Positions 32,098 through 41,416 of a stretch of DNA of 64,000 nt are shown piece after piece. A program made the position numbers and the translations under genes. Location of the stretch: contig JADFNG010000004.1 in the NCBI GenBank assembly GCA_022563505.1, positions 581 through 64,580 of the forward strand, written 5' to 3'. The notes beneath the pieces are model-generated. The model worked only from the letters and a program-made list of their open reading frames with translations, was not told the DNA's origin and made no database searches. The stretch is from Pseudomonadota bacterium (GTDB lineage: Bacteria > Pseudomonadota > Gammaproteobacteria > Steroidobacterales > Woeseiaceae). The first letter of the stretch is position 1, and each line of letters begins with the position of its first letter.

Positions 32098-35000
32098 TCA
32101 GCTTGCTGCCATGTGAACCGCTTCGTCGAGATCGACGGAAACCAGTCGCGATACACCTGGCTCCTGCATCGTCACGCCCGTTAACTGACGTGCCATCTCC
32201 ATCGTCACTTTGTTGTGCGTGATGAAAACGAATTGCACCTTTTCCGACATTTCCTTAACGATGGAACAGAATCGAGTGACATTCGCGTCGTCCAGCGGTG
32301 CATCGACCTCGTCGAGCAAGCAAAAGGGCGCTGGATTGAGTTCAAAAATCGCGAACACCAGCGCCACGGCGGTCAATGCTTTCTCACCGCCTGACAACAG
32401 GTGAATCGTACTGTTGCGCTTCCCGGGTGGACGCGCCATAACGGTCACGCCCGCAGTTAACAAATCGTCCCCTGTAAGCTCAAGGTAAGCATGTCCACCG
32501 CCGAACAATTTCGGAAACAGCAGTTTGAATCCCGCATTGATCTGGTCGAACGTCTTGCGGAACCGGGTCCGTGTTTCGCGATCAATCTTGCGAATGGCGC
32601 CGTCGAGCGTCGACAGCGCGTCCTCAAGATCGCCGAGTTGCGAGTCCAGATAATCTTTGCGTTCTGACTGTTCTTTGAACTCATCAATTGCCGCCAGGTT
32701 GATTGGCCCAAGTCGATCAATCCGGGTACGAATTTTCTCAAGTTGTTCTGCCCAATTCTCCGCCGACGCTTCCCCGTCCAGTCCTTGCAGAAGGTCGTCA
32801 AATTCAAAATCTGTTTGCGTCAGTTGTTCCGCGAATCCTTCCCGCCGCACACGAATTTCCTGCAATGCCATCTTCGCTTCGCCAACCGCAGTTCGCGCTT
32901 CTTCGACAGACTGATCGATCTGTACACGATCCTGGTCCAGCTCCCTGATCTGCTCCTCAACCGCTTCGACCAGCCTGCGCGCGTCCATCATTTCGGACTC
33001 GACCGTAACCCGCACATCGAGCTGCCGGGCAAGCTCTTCATTCTTCTCTTCCAGCGGCTCTGCGCTGTGATCCAGCTGCTCGCGAATTTCTTTCTCACGT
33101 CGGCTGAAATGCGCAAGCTGCGACTCCATGCGCTCGAGACTTTGGGCCGCGGAGTCTTTACTCGACCGCCGGCTCTCAAACTGAATGGCCATCTGCTGCG
33201 CCATTTGACGATCTTCGCTTGCTTGCTCACGGACACGCTGCAATTCAGCGCGCAATTCTTCCCGCTGTCCCTCGAGCGTCTCGCGCCGACCCGCCAGTCC
33301 GGCAAGACTGTCCACGGCCTGCTGAAAGAGCCGCCGCGAAGCGGATACTTGTTCCTCGGCCGAGAGTTTCTCTTGCTCGATTTCGCGATTTTCCTCTGCG
33401 ACGGCTATTCTGCGCGCATTCGCCTGCTCCAGCTGATAACGTGCCGAATCCAGGCTCGCCTTGGTCTCTGCATACTCACGCAGCAGCGCCGCTGCATCGC
33501 GCTGCAATATCTCGCGGCGTTCCTCGAGCTGCGTCAGGCGACTGCGGCCGTCTTGCACCAGCTTTTTCGCACTATCACTGCGAACCCGCAGCTCGCGAAT
33601 CTCTGTCATGAGACGTCGCATATCATGCCCGCGCCCCAGAACGCCGGCCTTTGGATCCTTATCACGGCGCACGCGGAGCCAGCCCTGACTGATCCAGACA
33701 CCCTCTGCGGTAATCACGGAACCCGCCGAACCAATTTGATCTCGAACAGCCAGTGCAGATTCCAGCGACCCCGCAATGCGAACCGATTGCAGGATTTCCA
33801 TGATGGCAACCGGTGCCTTCTTCACTTTGGCCGCCAATGTGGAGTTATTCGCTTGTGCAACGTCATCCACACGGTTTTCAAGCAAGGTGAGATTGCCCGA
33901 TTTCAATTGAGCAAGACTTTCGACTGCGCTGGCGACATCCGTCATGCACACCGCCTGAAGATAATCACCAAGAACTGTTTCCACGGCTCGTTCCCAGCCT
34001 TGTTCAACGTGAAGTGACTGGGCCACCCGCTCGTTGTCTGCTATCCCCGCCGCCTCCAGCCAGCGTTGAATGCTTGCATCGCTTTGCCCAAGCGCGGCTT
34101 TCTGAATGGCTTCGATCGACGCGTATCTCGATTCGGCGCCACGCAGCGTCGCCAGGCGTTCGTCCACCAGTCGCGTTAAATTGGCATCGTGCTCGCGGAG
34201 CTTGCGAATCTTGTCGGCAATGTCCTGCAATGCCCGCTCGAATTCGTCCCTGGCCTGTCGCTTGCGTTGCTCATCGGCAACCAGTTTTTCGTGTTTTTCT
34301 CGAAGTTCGTCGGGATTGCCAACGCGTTCTTCATCCTCAAGTTTCTTGTGTCGTTGTACCAGGCTGTTAATGCGTGATTCAAGCTGTTCGGCGCGGGTTG
34401 TCTCGACGTTACGAAGCTGCTCCGCTGTGCTGAAACTCAGCGTGTAATTGTCCCACCGGGACTGCCATTCCGCCAATGCCTGTTCGGCTCGTTCCAGCGA
34501 CTGCAACGAACCTCGTTCTGTTTCCTGCGCCTGTTGCAGGCCGGGCACGAGCTCGCTCAAGGACAATTCAAGCTGTGCGATCTCGCTCTGATCCTTGTTG
34601 ATATGCTCGGCAATCTCGCTGGCACCCTGCACCGCCTGCTCAAGATCTTTCTGCTGCCGCGCTCGCAGTTCATGCGCGTGCTCGATCGATTGCTCCAGGC
34701 GCGCGATTTCCGCACCGGCCTTGTAATAACGTGCCTGCACCGCGTTAAACGCATCCGACCGTTCTGTCTGATCGACTCTTGCGCGCTCCGTCCCTGCCTC
34801 GACCTTGCGTTGCTCGGCGACAAACATCTCCAGCGACGTTTCTTTCTCGGCCAGATCTGAATTCGAGTGGCCGGCACTCTCATCCAGCGCCCGCAAACGA
34901 AGGGCCAGGAGCTCAGCGGCAGTACGGCGTTCTTTGTCTTTCAAACGACCGTAGCGTTCGGCCCTCTTGGCCTGCCGGTCAAGGTGTTTGATTTGTTTCT

Positions 35001-35604
35001 CGACTTCATCGAGAATATCCTTCAAGCGATCGATGTTTTCTCTCGTATGCTTGATTCGGTTGGATGTTTCACGGCGCTGTTCTTTGTACTTGGAAATCCC
35101 GGCTGCCTCTTCCATGAACCCGCGCATTTCTTCCGGCTTGGCCTCAATGAGACGAGAAATCATGCCTTGTTCAATGATGGAGTAGCTGCGCGGCCCCAGA
35201 CCGGTGCCAAGAAAGATTCCTGTAATGTCCTTGCGACGGCAACGCGTACCGTTCAAATAATAATTGGAAATACCGTCGCGCGAGACTTCGCGGCGAATCG
35301 AAATTTCCGCATACTTTGCATATTGGCCTTCAAGGGTGGTTTCCGAGTTATCGAACAGCAATTCCACCGAAGCCGTGCCGACGGGCTTGCGCGAACTCGA
35401 GCCATTGAAAATAACGTCGGTTATCGAGTCACCGCGGAGCCGACTTGCGGAACTTTCGCCCATGACCCAGCGAACGGCATCGATAACATTCGATTTACCG
35501 CATCCATTTGGCCCAACAACGCCGACAAGATTGCTGGGAAAGGGAATGGTGGTTGGGTCTACAAAAGATTTAAAGCCGGCGAGCTTGATCTTGCTTAATC
35601 GCAT
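32098..35604 (-). CDS. smc: chromosome segregation protein SMC
   Basis: Walker A GPNGCGKSN, long coiled coils, a hinge, signature LSGGEKALTAVALVFA and Walker B FCLLDEVDAPLD. Confidence 0.95.
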   Translation of the reverse strand: MRLSKIKLAGFKSFVDPTTIPFPSNLVGVVGPNGCGKSNVIDAVRWVMGESSASRLRGDSITDVIFNGSSSRKPVGTASVELLFDNSETTLEGQYAKYAEISIRREVSRDGISNYYLNGTRCRRKDITGIFLGTGLGPRSYSIIEQGMISRLIEAKPEEMRGFMEEAAGISKYKEQRRETSNRIKHTRENIDRLKDILDEVEKQIKHLDRQAKRAERYGRLKDKERRTAAELLALRLRALDESAGHSNSDLAEKETSLEMFVAEQRKVEAGTERARVDQTERSDAFNAVQARYYKAGAEIARLEQSIEHAHELRARQQKDLEQAVQGASEIAEHINKDQSEIAQLELSLSELVPGLQQAQETERGSLQSLERAEQALAEWQSRWDNYTLSFSTAEQLRNVETTRAEQLESRINSLVQRHKKLEDEERVGNPDELREKHEKLVADEQRKRQARDEFERALQDIADKIRKLREHDANLTRLVDERLATLRGAESRYASIEAIQKAALGQSDASIQRWLEAAGIADNERVAQSLHVEQGWERAVETVLGDYLQAVCMTDVASAVESLAQLKSGNLTLLENRVDDVAQANNSTLAAKVKKAPVAIMEILQSVRIAGSLESALAVRDQIGSAGSVITAEGVWISQGWLRVRRDKDPKAGVLGRGHDMRRLMTEIRELRVRSDSAKKLVQDGRSRLTQLEERREILQRDAAALLREYAETKASLDSARYQLEQANARRIAVAEENREIEQEKLSAEEQVSASRRLFQQAVDSLAGLAGRRETLEGQREELRAELQRVREQASEDRQMAQQMAIQFESRRSSKDSAAQSLERMESQLAHFSRREKEIREQLDHSAEPLEEKNEELARQLDVRVTVESEMMDARRLVEAVEEQIRELDQDRVQIDQSVEEARTAVGEAKMALQEIRVRREGFAEQLTQTDFEFDDLLQGLDGEASAENWAEQLEKIRTRIDRLGPINLAAIDEFKEQSERKDYLDSQLGDLEDALSTLDGAIRKIDRETRTRFRKTFDQINAGFKLLFPKLFGGGHAYLELTGDDLLTAGVTVMARPPGKRNSTIHLLSGGEKALTAVALVFAIFELNPAPFCLLDEVDAPLDDANVTRFCSIVKEMSEKVQFVFITHNKVTMEMARQLTGVTMQEPGVSRLVSVDLDEAVHMAAS

Positions 35605-35891
35605 TACGTGGTATTTGCCAATAGCCCGTCAATTCGGCGTAGTGTAAAGTAATTCTGCCTATAAAACGATTGTCGCAAGCAAAAGACAGTCGGCCCTCAA
35701 CACCTGTCAGGCGTTGGCCTGCACTCATTCAGCGGCATCCAGACGAGGCGCGATATCAGTTAACCGGACCTGCCGGGCCCGGCAGGCGGCAATATAAAAA
35801 AATAGCCTGAAAAAAGCCTGATTTATAGGCTTCCATGTGGGGTCAAGCCATGTATAATGCCGCCCTTTTCTCAGACCGGCAGGAGTTACAA

Positions 35892-36680
35892 ATGCCCGCA
35901 AAGAAGACCGCGAGCAAGAAGCGAAACAAGGCGGTATCTCGTCAGCGAGTAACGCGCTCCAAAGCCGCAGGTAAAAAACGCAAAGTGAGCAAGCAAAAGG
36001 CATCGGCGAAGAAAATGTCGAAAAAGAAGGTTATTGCGCGAAAAAAGCCCGCTACCCGGAAAGCGAGCAAGAAAAAAACCGTCGCGAAGAAAAAAGCAAC
36101 CCGCAAAAAGCCAGCCGCGAAGAAAGCCAGCAAGAAAAAAGTCGCGGTAAAAAACAAGGCTGCTGCCAAAAAGGCACCGCTCAAGAAGGCGCCGGCGAAG
36201 AAGACGGTGGCGAAGAAAGCCACTCGCAAGCGCTCTGATGTGCTCACCGGGCCCATTCATGGCGTCGCGCCCTATAATACACAGCGCGGCGAACACTACA
36301 TGGGCACCCAGCAACTGACTCACTTCAACGACATTCTGTCGGCGTGGAAAGACGAGCTCATGCACGAGGTCGACCGCACGGTTCACCACATGCAGGATGA
36401 GGCCGCCAACTTCCCCGATCCCAATGACCGCGCGACGCAGGAGTCGGAATTCGGCCTTGAGCTGCGTACCCGCGATCGGGAACGCAAGCTATTGCGCAAG
36501 ATTGCATCGGCCCTGGCGCGCATCGATGACGGCTCGTACGGGTACTGCGAAGAGACCGGTGAAGAAATCGGCCTCAAGCGACTCGAAGCACGACCGGTTG
36601 CCACGCTCAGTGTCGAAGCTCAGGAACGAAGGGAACTTGCCGAACGCCAGTTCCGTGACAGGGATGATCGCTACCGCTAG
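35892..36680 (+). CDS. dksA: RNA polymerase-binding regulator DksA with a ~110-aa Lys/Ala-rich N-terminal extension and a degenerate zinc finger
   Basis: AGGAG RBS 6 nt before ATG 35892. The C-terminal ~150 aa are collinear with DksA (coiled-coil tip FPDPNDRATQE, LELRTRDRERKLLRKI, YGYCEETGEEIGLKRLEARP). It is followed by gluQ, as in E. coli. Confidence 0.8.
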   Translation: MPAKKTASKKRNKAVSRQRVTRSKAAGKKRKVSKQKASAKKMSKKKVIARKKPATRKASKKKTVAKKKATRKKPAAKKASKKKVAVKNKAAAKKAPLKKAPAKKTVAKKATRKRSDVLTGPIHGVAPYNTQRGEHYMGTQQLTHFNDILSAWKDELMHEVDRTVHHMQDEAANFPDPNDRATQESEFGLELRTRDRERKLLRKIASALARIDDGSYGYCEETGEEIGLKRLEARPVATLSVEAQERRELAERQFRDRDDRYR

Positions 36681-36757
36681 CGCTCGAGTTCCAATGATCT
36701 GCATCGCCAGGCTGTGCGTGAGGGCTCGCTGAGCAGCGGCGCTCCTGCGAACAGATC

Positions 36758-37666
36758 GTGCCGACATCGCTTGACACTGCATACATCGGCCGGTTCGCGC
36801 CCTCGCCAACCGGCCCATTGCATTTCGGCTCTTTGCTGGCCGCAATTGCCAGCTATTTGCAAGCTCGAACGGCGAACGGTCAATGGCTGCTGCGCATCGA
36901 GGATATCGATCCTCCCCGCGAACAAGCGGGCGCTGACAAACTCATACTCGATACACTGGAATCCTACGGCTTCGAGTGGGATGGCCCTGTCACCTACCAG
37001 TCTCACTTTCATGAGCACCACGCAGCAAGCATCGCGAAACTGATCGCCAGCGGCGTCGCCTACCGGTGTTGCTGCTCCCGTCGCGATCTGGCGAGGGTTG
37101 CTCGGGGCCCGCTCGGCGCGATCTATCCGGGTACGTGCCGCAACGGCTGTGAATCCAGCAACGTGGCCATTCGGGTTCGAACTCACAATGACCCGGTTAC
37201 ATTCACGGATCGCTTGCAGGGCCCTCAGAGCATGCGACTGGAATCGGAATCCGGCGACTTTGTGATTCGACGCCGTGACGGCCTGGTGGCCTATCACCTT
37301 GCCGTTGTGCAGGACGATGCCGAGCAGGGAATCACTGAGGTCGTACGCGGCATCGACCTGCTCAACACGACTCCCCGCCACATCCACCTGCAAAGCCTGC
37401 TCGATATTCCAACGCCGTCTTACGTGCACATACCCGTCGCTGAAAATGCCGAGGGGCAAAAGCTCAGCAAGCTGACTGGAGCGGCCGCGATTTCAGCGAC
37501 CCGTGCGGGCACAACACTGGTTGCGGCACTCGCTGCGCTGGGACAGTCCACTTACAAAGAACTTTGCAAGGAATCTCTTCAGGAAATCTGGGCCTGGGCG
37601 CTGGCACACTGGCAGTTGAGCGCCTTGGAGCGACAGGAAAATATTGCACCGCAGCACTATTGCTGA
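36758..37666 (+). CDS. gluQ: tRNA glutamyl-Q(34) synthetase
   Basis: YIGRFAPSPTGPLHFGSLLAA (HIGH-type) and KLSKL motifs; 302 aa; downstream of dksA. Confidence 0.85.
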   Translation: MPTSLDTAYIGRFAPSPTGPLHFGSLLAAIASYLQARTANGQWLLRIEDIDPPREQAGADKLILDTLESYGFEWDGPVTYQSHFHEHHAASIAKLIASGVAYRCCCSRRDLARVARGPLGAIYPGTCRNGCESSNVAIRVRTHNDPVTFTDRLQGPQSMRLESESGDFVIRRRDGLVAYHLAVVQDDAEQGITEVVRGIDLLNTTPRHIHLQSLLDIPTPSYVHIPVAENAEGQKLSKLTGAAAISATRAGTTLVAALAALGQSTYKELCKESLQEIWAWALAHWQLSALERQENIAPQHYC

Positions 37667-37780
37667 GATCGAAATTCGGCTATCGTAGGAACCATTCTGG
37701 CCCCCCGGCCCCCCAGCGTCCCGTGCAATGCCTCTGGTCCCAAACAGGCCGCGACGGTTCAGAACTTGAAGAGACCCGCA

Positions 37781-38287
37781 ATGAGCACAGCTCGAATCAT
37801 CAAGAAATATCCGAATCGACGTCTCTACGACACCGAAGACAGCCGCTACATCACGCTTACCGACGTCAGGGAGCTGGTCCTGAGCAAGACGGAGTTTGTG
37901 GTTATTGACAAGAGAACAGGCGACGACATCACGCGGCCCATATTGCTGCAGGTCATCAGCGAGCATGAGCAGCACGGTGAAGCCATCATGAGTGAGGATT
38001 TCCTGTCACAGGTTATTCGCTCCTACGGCAAGGTGGTGCCGAGTTTCATGGAGCATTACCTGGAACAGAGCATGAATCTCTTCATTACGCAGCAGCAAAA
38101 TCTGCGCGGCCAGGTAAAACGCGTCGTGGGCATCGACCCCGTAGAGGCCGTCACCGACATCGCACAGAAGAACTTTAATCGCTGGAAATCGTTGCAGGAC
38201 GAGGTCTTGCGGCGCTTCAAAGGAACTGCGCGGAAGCCGGATGAGGCCGCTGCAAAGGCGATTGAGAAACAGGAACGGAAAGCTTGA
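37781..38287 (+). CDS. phaR: polyhydroxyalkanoate synthesis repressor PhaR
   Basis: IKKYPNRRLYDTEDSRYITLTDV is the PhaR N-terminal signature. The start is set at ATG 37781. Confidence 0.8.
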   Translation: MSTARIIKKYPNRRLYDTEDSRYITLTDVRELVLSKTEFVVIDKRTGDDITRPILLQVISEHEQHGEAIMSEDFLSQVIRSYGKVVPSFMEHYLEQSMNLFITQQQNLRGQVKRVVGIDPVEAVTDIAQKNFNRWKSLQDEVLRRFKGTARKPDEAAAKAIEKQERKA

Positions 38288-38414
38288 CCGGCAACGGGAA
38301 TTGAATATTGGGCTTGACATCAGGGTACCAAATGCCCTATTTTGTGCAGTGCAGCAGGGATAAGCTCCCCCGCCCCCTGCTGTTATTGCCTGAAGGAGTT
38401 TTTACTCCACGGCT

Positions 38415-38447
38415 GGCCCCCTGCGTTCGCGGGGGGCCTTTTTTTCG
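38415..38447 (+). terminator. rho-independent terminator
   Basis: GGCCCCCTGCG-TT-CGCGGGGGGCC hairpin (one G.U pair) followed by TTTTTTT. Confidence 0.7.
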
Positions 38448-38468
38448 GCGGTCGAAGAGCGTTCACCC

Positions 38469-39509
38469 ATGACCGATTTGGCAGCACACGGCAAAATTAT
38501 ACGCAGTGATTTTCGCGCTGCGGCCTGGCTGAGAAACCGCCACCTGCAGACGCTGTATCCCTCGTTCCTCTGGCCACGGGCGCCCCGCCCCGAGTTGACC
38601 CGACGTACGCTCGACCTGCCTGACGGTGACGTCACTGTGGTCGACTGGCTGGCCGATTCTGCCGAAATTTCGGACGCAACGCCGTTGCTCGTCATTCTCC
38701 ACGGACTTGAGGGTTCGGCGGAATCCACCTACGCTCGCCATATGCTGCAGGCGGCGGCGGATCACGGCTGGCACGCAGCGGTGCTGCATTTCAGAGACTG
38801 CGGCGACTATCGAAACGTCCTGCCCCGGCGTTATCACGCCGGCGAAACGAATGACTTGCGTTATTTCATCACCAAGTTGCGAACCGAAGGTCAGGCAGGC
38901 CCTATTGTGGCAGCGGGTTACTCGCTCGGTGGCAATGTCTTGCTCAAGTACCTGGGCGAAGACGGCCCGACAACGCCGCTGCATGCGGCCGCCGCAGTCT
39001 CCGTGCCACTGGATCTTGGTATTTGTTCTGAAGCATTAACTTTCGGTTTTTCAAGGATTTATCAGACTCTTTTGCTAAAGAGAATGAAGAACGCCGTCGC
39101 ACGAAAATTTGATCTGCACACCGCCGCATTTGACTGGGATCGAGCGATGGGGGCGAAGACCTTTGCCGAATTCGATGATGCCGTGACGGCGCCGCTGCAC
39201 GGCTTCTCCGGCAAGGACGAGTACTACGCCAAGTGCAGTTCCATCCACTTTCTGCAGGACATTGACCGCCCCACGCTGATCATCAATTCTCTTGACGACC
39301 CCTTCATGCTGCCCAAGATGCTACCGGCGGCGGATCAATTGTCCGCGCAGGTTACGCTCGAAATCAGTGAACAAGGCGGCCACGTCGGTTTCGTCGCGGG
39401 GGGCACGCCGTGGAACCCGCAGTTTTATTTGCCCACACGGATTATCGACTTCCTGCAAGCCGAGATTTTCAAGGCCGCAACAGAGACGCATGCCCTCCCC
39501 GGCATGTGA
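38469..39509 (+). CDS. YheT-like alpha/beta hydrolase
   Basis: LVILHGLEGS and nucleophile elbow GYSLGGN; 346 aa. Confidence 0.75.
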   Translation: MTDLAAHGKIIRSDFRAAAWLRNRHLQTLYPSFLWPRAPRPELTRRTLDLPDGDVTVVDWLADSAEISDATPLLVILHGLEGSAESTYARHMLQAAADHGWHAAVLHFRDCGDYRNVLPRRYHAGETNDLRYFITKLRTEGQAGPIVAAGYSLGGNVLLKYLGEDGPTTPLHAAAAVSVPLDLGICSEALTFGFSRIYQTLLLKRMKNAVARKFDLHTAAFDWDRAMGAKTFAEFDDAVTAPLHGFSGKDEYYAKCSSIHFLQDIDRPTLIINSLDDPFMLPKMLPAADQLSAQVTLEISEQGGHVGFVAGGTPWNPQFYLPTRIIDFLQAEIFKAATETHALPGM

Positions 39510-39515
39510 CACGCG

Positions 39516-40466
39516 CTAATCCAATTTACCCGCTTCCACCTGTCGCAGGAAGTCACCCAGAATCTTTCGATACCGTTCGGGCTGACGCTGCAGTGACGCG
39601 TGCGCCGCATCCTCGATCATCGCGAATCGCGATCCAGCAACCTGCTGCTGAAAGCCCCGGATTCGCTGCGGAATCGCCTCATCAAACTCGCCGGCGATAA
39701 ACAGAACCGGCAAATCGAACTCACCCAGGCGGTCCGTTACGTCGAAATCCAGCAAATTGCCCGTCGACAGGAATTCCGTGGGACCCCACATATACTCATA
39801 AATGGCTGCATTGCCGGGCGCGCCGGCGCACGCATCCGGCGTTTGCGGCCTCTTGCCACCGTAGACATGCCGTTCGTAGAAGAACTGTGTGGCCTGCTTG
39901 TATTCATCGGAATCCAGCGTGCCTGCCGCCTCATGCTCTGCCAGGGTTTGCTGCACATGCTCGGGCAGTTGCCCGCGCAGCGTATTGGCATCCGCGATCC
40001 AGTCGCGTGTGCTCAGCAGTGGCGAAGACAGAATAAGCGATTCGATCCCTTTCGAGCCCTTATCAAGCACATATTGGGCAGCCAGCGCACCGCCCCACGA
40101 ATGCCCCAGCAAATGCATCCGTTGCAGACCCAACTGCTGTCTGATGGAATGCAGTTCTTCAACAAATCGATCCACTTTCCAGAGATCCATATCATCCGGT
40201 CGGCCGGAGCGACCGGTGCCCAGCTGGTCGTAACGCAGAACGGGTCGATCAAGGCCCAGCGAATCGAGCAGCGCAAAACCACAAGAAGTCCCGCCGGGTC
40301 CCCCGTGCAGAACGACCAACGGTATGCCGGAGCCGGCACCTGTGATGCGATACCAGATGGGGCCGCCCGGAACGGTCAGGAACCCGGAACGTGTCGGTTG
40401 ATCATCAGCAGCAATCGCGAGTAGCGAGAGGCCCAATAGAACCGAGAGGAGCAAGCCTTTTGTCAT
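39516..40466 (-). CDS. secreted proline-iminopeptidase-family alpha/beta hydrolase
   Basis: Signal peptide, HGGPGG oxyanion motif and GHSWGG nucleophile elbow. Confidence 0.75.
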   Translation of the reverse strand: MTKGLLLSVLLGLSLLAIAADDQPTRSGFLTVPGGPIWYRITGAGSGIPLVVLHGGPGGTSCGFALLDSLGLDRPVLRYDQLGTGRSGRPDDMDLWKVDRFVEELHSIRQQLGLQRMHLLGHSWGGALAAQYVLDKGSKGIESLILSSPLLSTRDWIADANTLRGQLPEHVQQTLAEHEAAGTLDSDEYKQATQFFYERHVYGGKRPQTPDACAGAPGNAAIYEYMWGPTEFLSTGNLLDFDVTDRLGEFDLPVLFIAGEFDEAIPQRIRGFQQQVAGSRFAMIEDAAHASLQRQPERYRKILGDFLRQVEAGKLD

Positions 40467-40802
40467 TTATTTATACCCTGCACACGAGTTCGGGATCACG
40501 ACAGGAAATTGCTCCGAATCGAGTGGCTCACCATCATGAAGTATTGGCTTGCGTAAATTTTGGTTGCTCCCTGAGCGTGAATTGTAGACCACATCATCAC
40601 CCGTGTGGCGAACCGTATAGCCGCGCCGCCGTCGAGCGCAGGTCAAATTACCCGCAGCAGCGTGCACCGCCAATGCATGCAACAGAGTGACATCACCAGG
40701 TTCGACATTCCAGGTCGGCCCACGAGCCTGATTGGCGCAAGGACTGTCATTGCGATCAGCATGTCCGGCATGCTTGCAACGCCGTATTTGCCGCCCGGGC
40801 CA
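40467..40802 (-). pseudogene. C-terminal remnant of a phytanoyl-CoA dioxygenase (PhyH)-like Fe(II)/2OG oxygenase
   Basis: The frame is open from 40802 and reads ...WNVEPGDVTLLHALAVHAAAGNLTCARRRRGYTVRHTGDDVVY..., the PhyH C-terminal pattern (GD..l.H....H.a..N.....R). No N-terminal half and no ATG are present, and a stop lies immediately upstream. Confidence 0.4.
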
Positions 40803-40844
40803 TCAATTCCTTGTATGCTTGAGAGCCTTTTCCGGAGGTGACAA

Positions 40845-41291
40845 ATGGACACAGCGTGGATTCAAGTATTCGTCCTGACCATAAGCCAATGCCTGGCACC
40901 TGCCGGCAAGACCATTTGCCAGGAACAGGAACTGCAGCTGCAATTCGTCGCCCAGGCTGATTGCGAACTGGCAAGAGAGCAGCTTGTTTATCTCCTGGAC
41001 CGAGCGGACGACGTCATCGTGAATAAAGAGAAAACGCGCTGCACCGCATCCGCGCGCCAACAAGCAATTTTCAACACACAAGAAGAGGTTAAACAACAAT
41101 CCGCAACAGCGTGGACCACGCCGGCAACCAATGCCGCAACTCAGTTGGATTTTACTCAACAAGCGCATCAGGAACGACTCGAAAATCTCCGTGCTTGCGA
41201 AGAGGTTAATGGCACCGCTCCATGCAGGATCGGTGACATCATCATCGAGGCAGCGAGCGAACAGCGGACCGAGGTGTGGCGCAAGGAATAG
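40845..41291 (+). CDS. hypothetical Cys-containing protein with a hydrophobic N-terminus
   Basis: GGAGGTG RBS 4 nt upstream of the ATG. 148 aa, 6 Cys, Q/E-rich. No family recognised. Confidence 0.4.
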   Translation: MDTAWIQVFVLTISQCLAPAGKTICQEQELQLQFVAQADCELAREQLVYLLDRADDVIVNKEKTRCTASARQQAIFNTQEEVKQQSATAWTTPATNAATQLDFTQQAHQERLENLRACEEVNGTAPCRIGDIIIEAASEQRTEVWRKE

Positions 41292-41416
41292 CCATCGCGT
41301 CCCAATGGACATCTGATCCTGCAGAAAACGCGCTCCTCCCGTTCGCCCCATCAATGGGGTCATCGCTTCGCATCCGGCCATTCATGACCGGGTTACACAG
41401 GCACAACCGGATGGGC

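Noticed and set aside
32743-34017. 424-aa plus-strand ORF, plus neighbouring 100-240-aa ORFs (34867..35598 and others)
   Set aside because: They lie antisense to the unambiguous smc gene and have low-complexity shadow-frame composition.
35771-35790. GC-rich palindrome CCTGCCGGGCCCGGCAGG upstream of dksA as a terminator
   Set aside because: There is no T-tract after it on either strand. It may be a protein-binding site or a REP-like hairpin, but I cannot support a call.
35886-36389. Minus-strand ORFs of 104-167 aa opposite the Lys-rich part of dksA
   Set aside because: They are low-complexity Phe/Leu/Arg-rich mirror images of the AAG/GCG-rich coding strand.
36677-37459. 260-aa minus-strand ORF
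   Set aside because: It lies antisense to gluQ, which has clear HIGH/KLSKL-type motifs.
40803-41381. 192-aa minus-strand ORF
   Set aside because: It has no RBS or motifs and overlaps the better-supported plus-strand 148-aa ORF. It does not continue the PhyH-like remnant. It is kept only as an alternative if the plus-strand ORF proves spurious.
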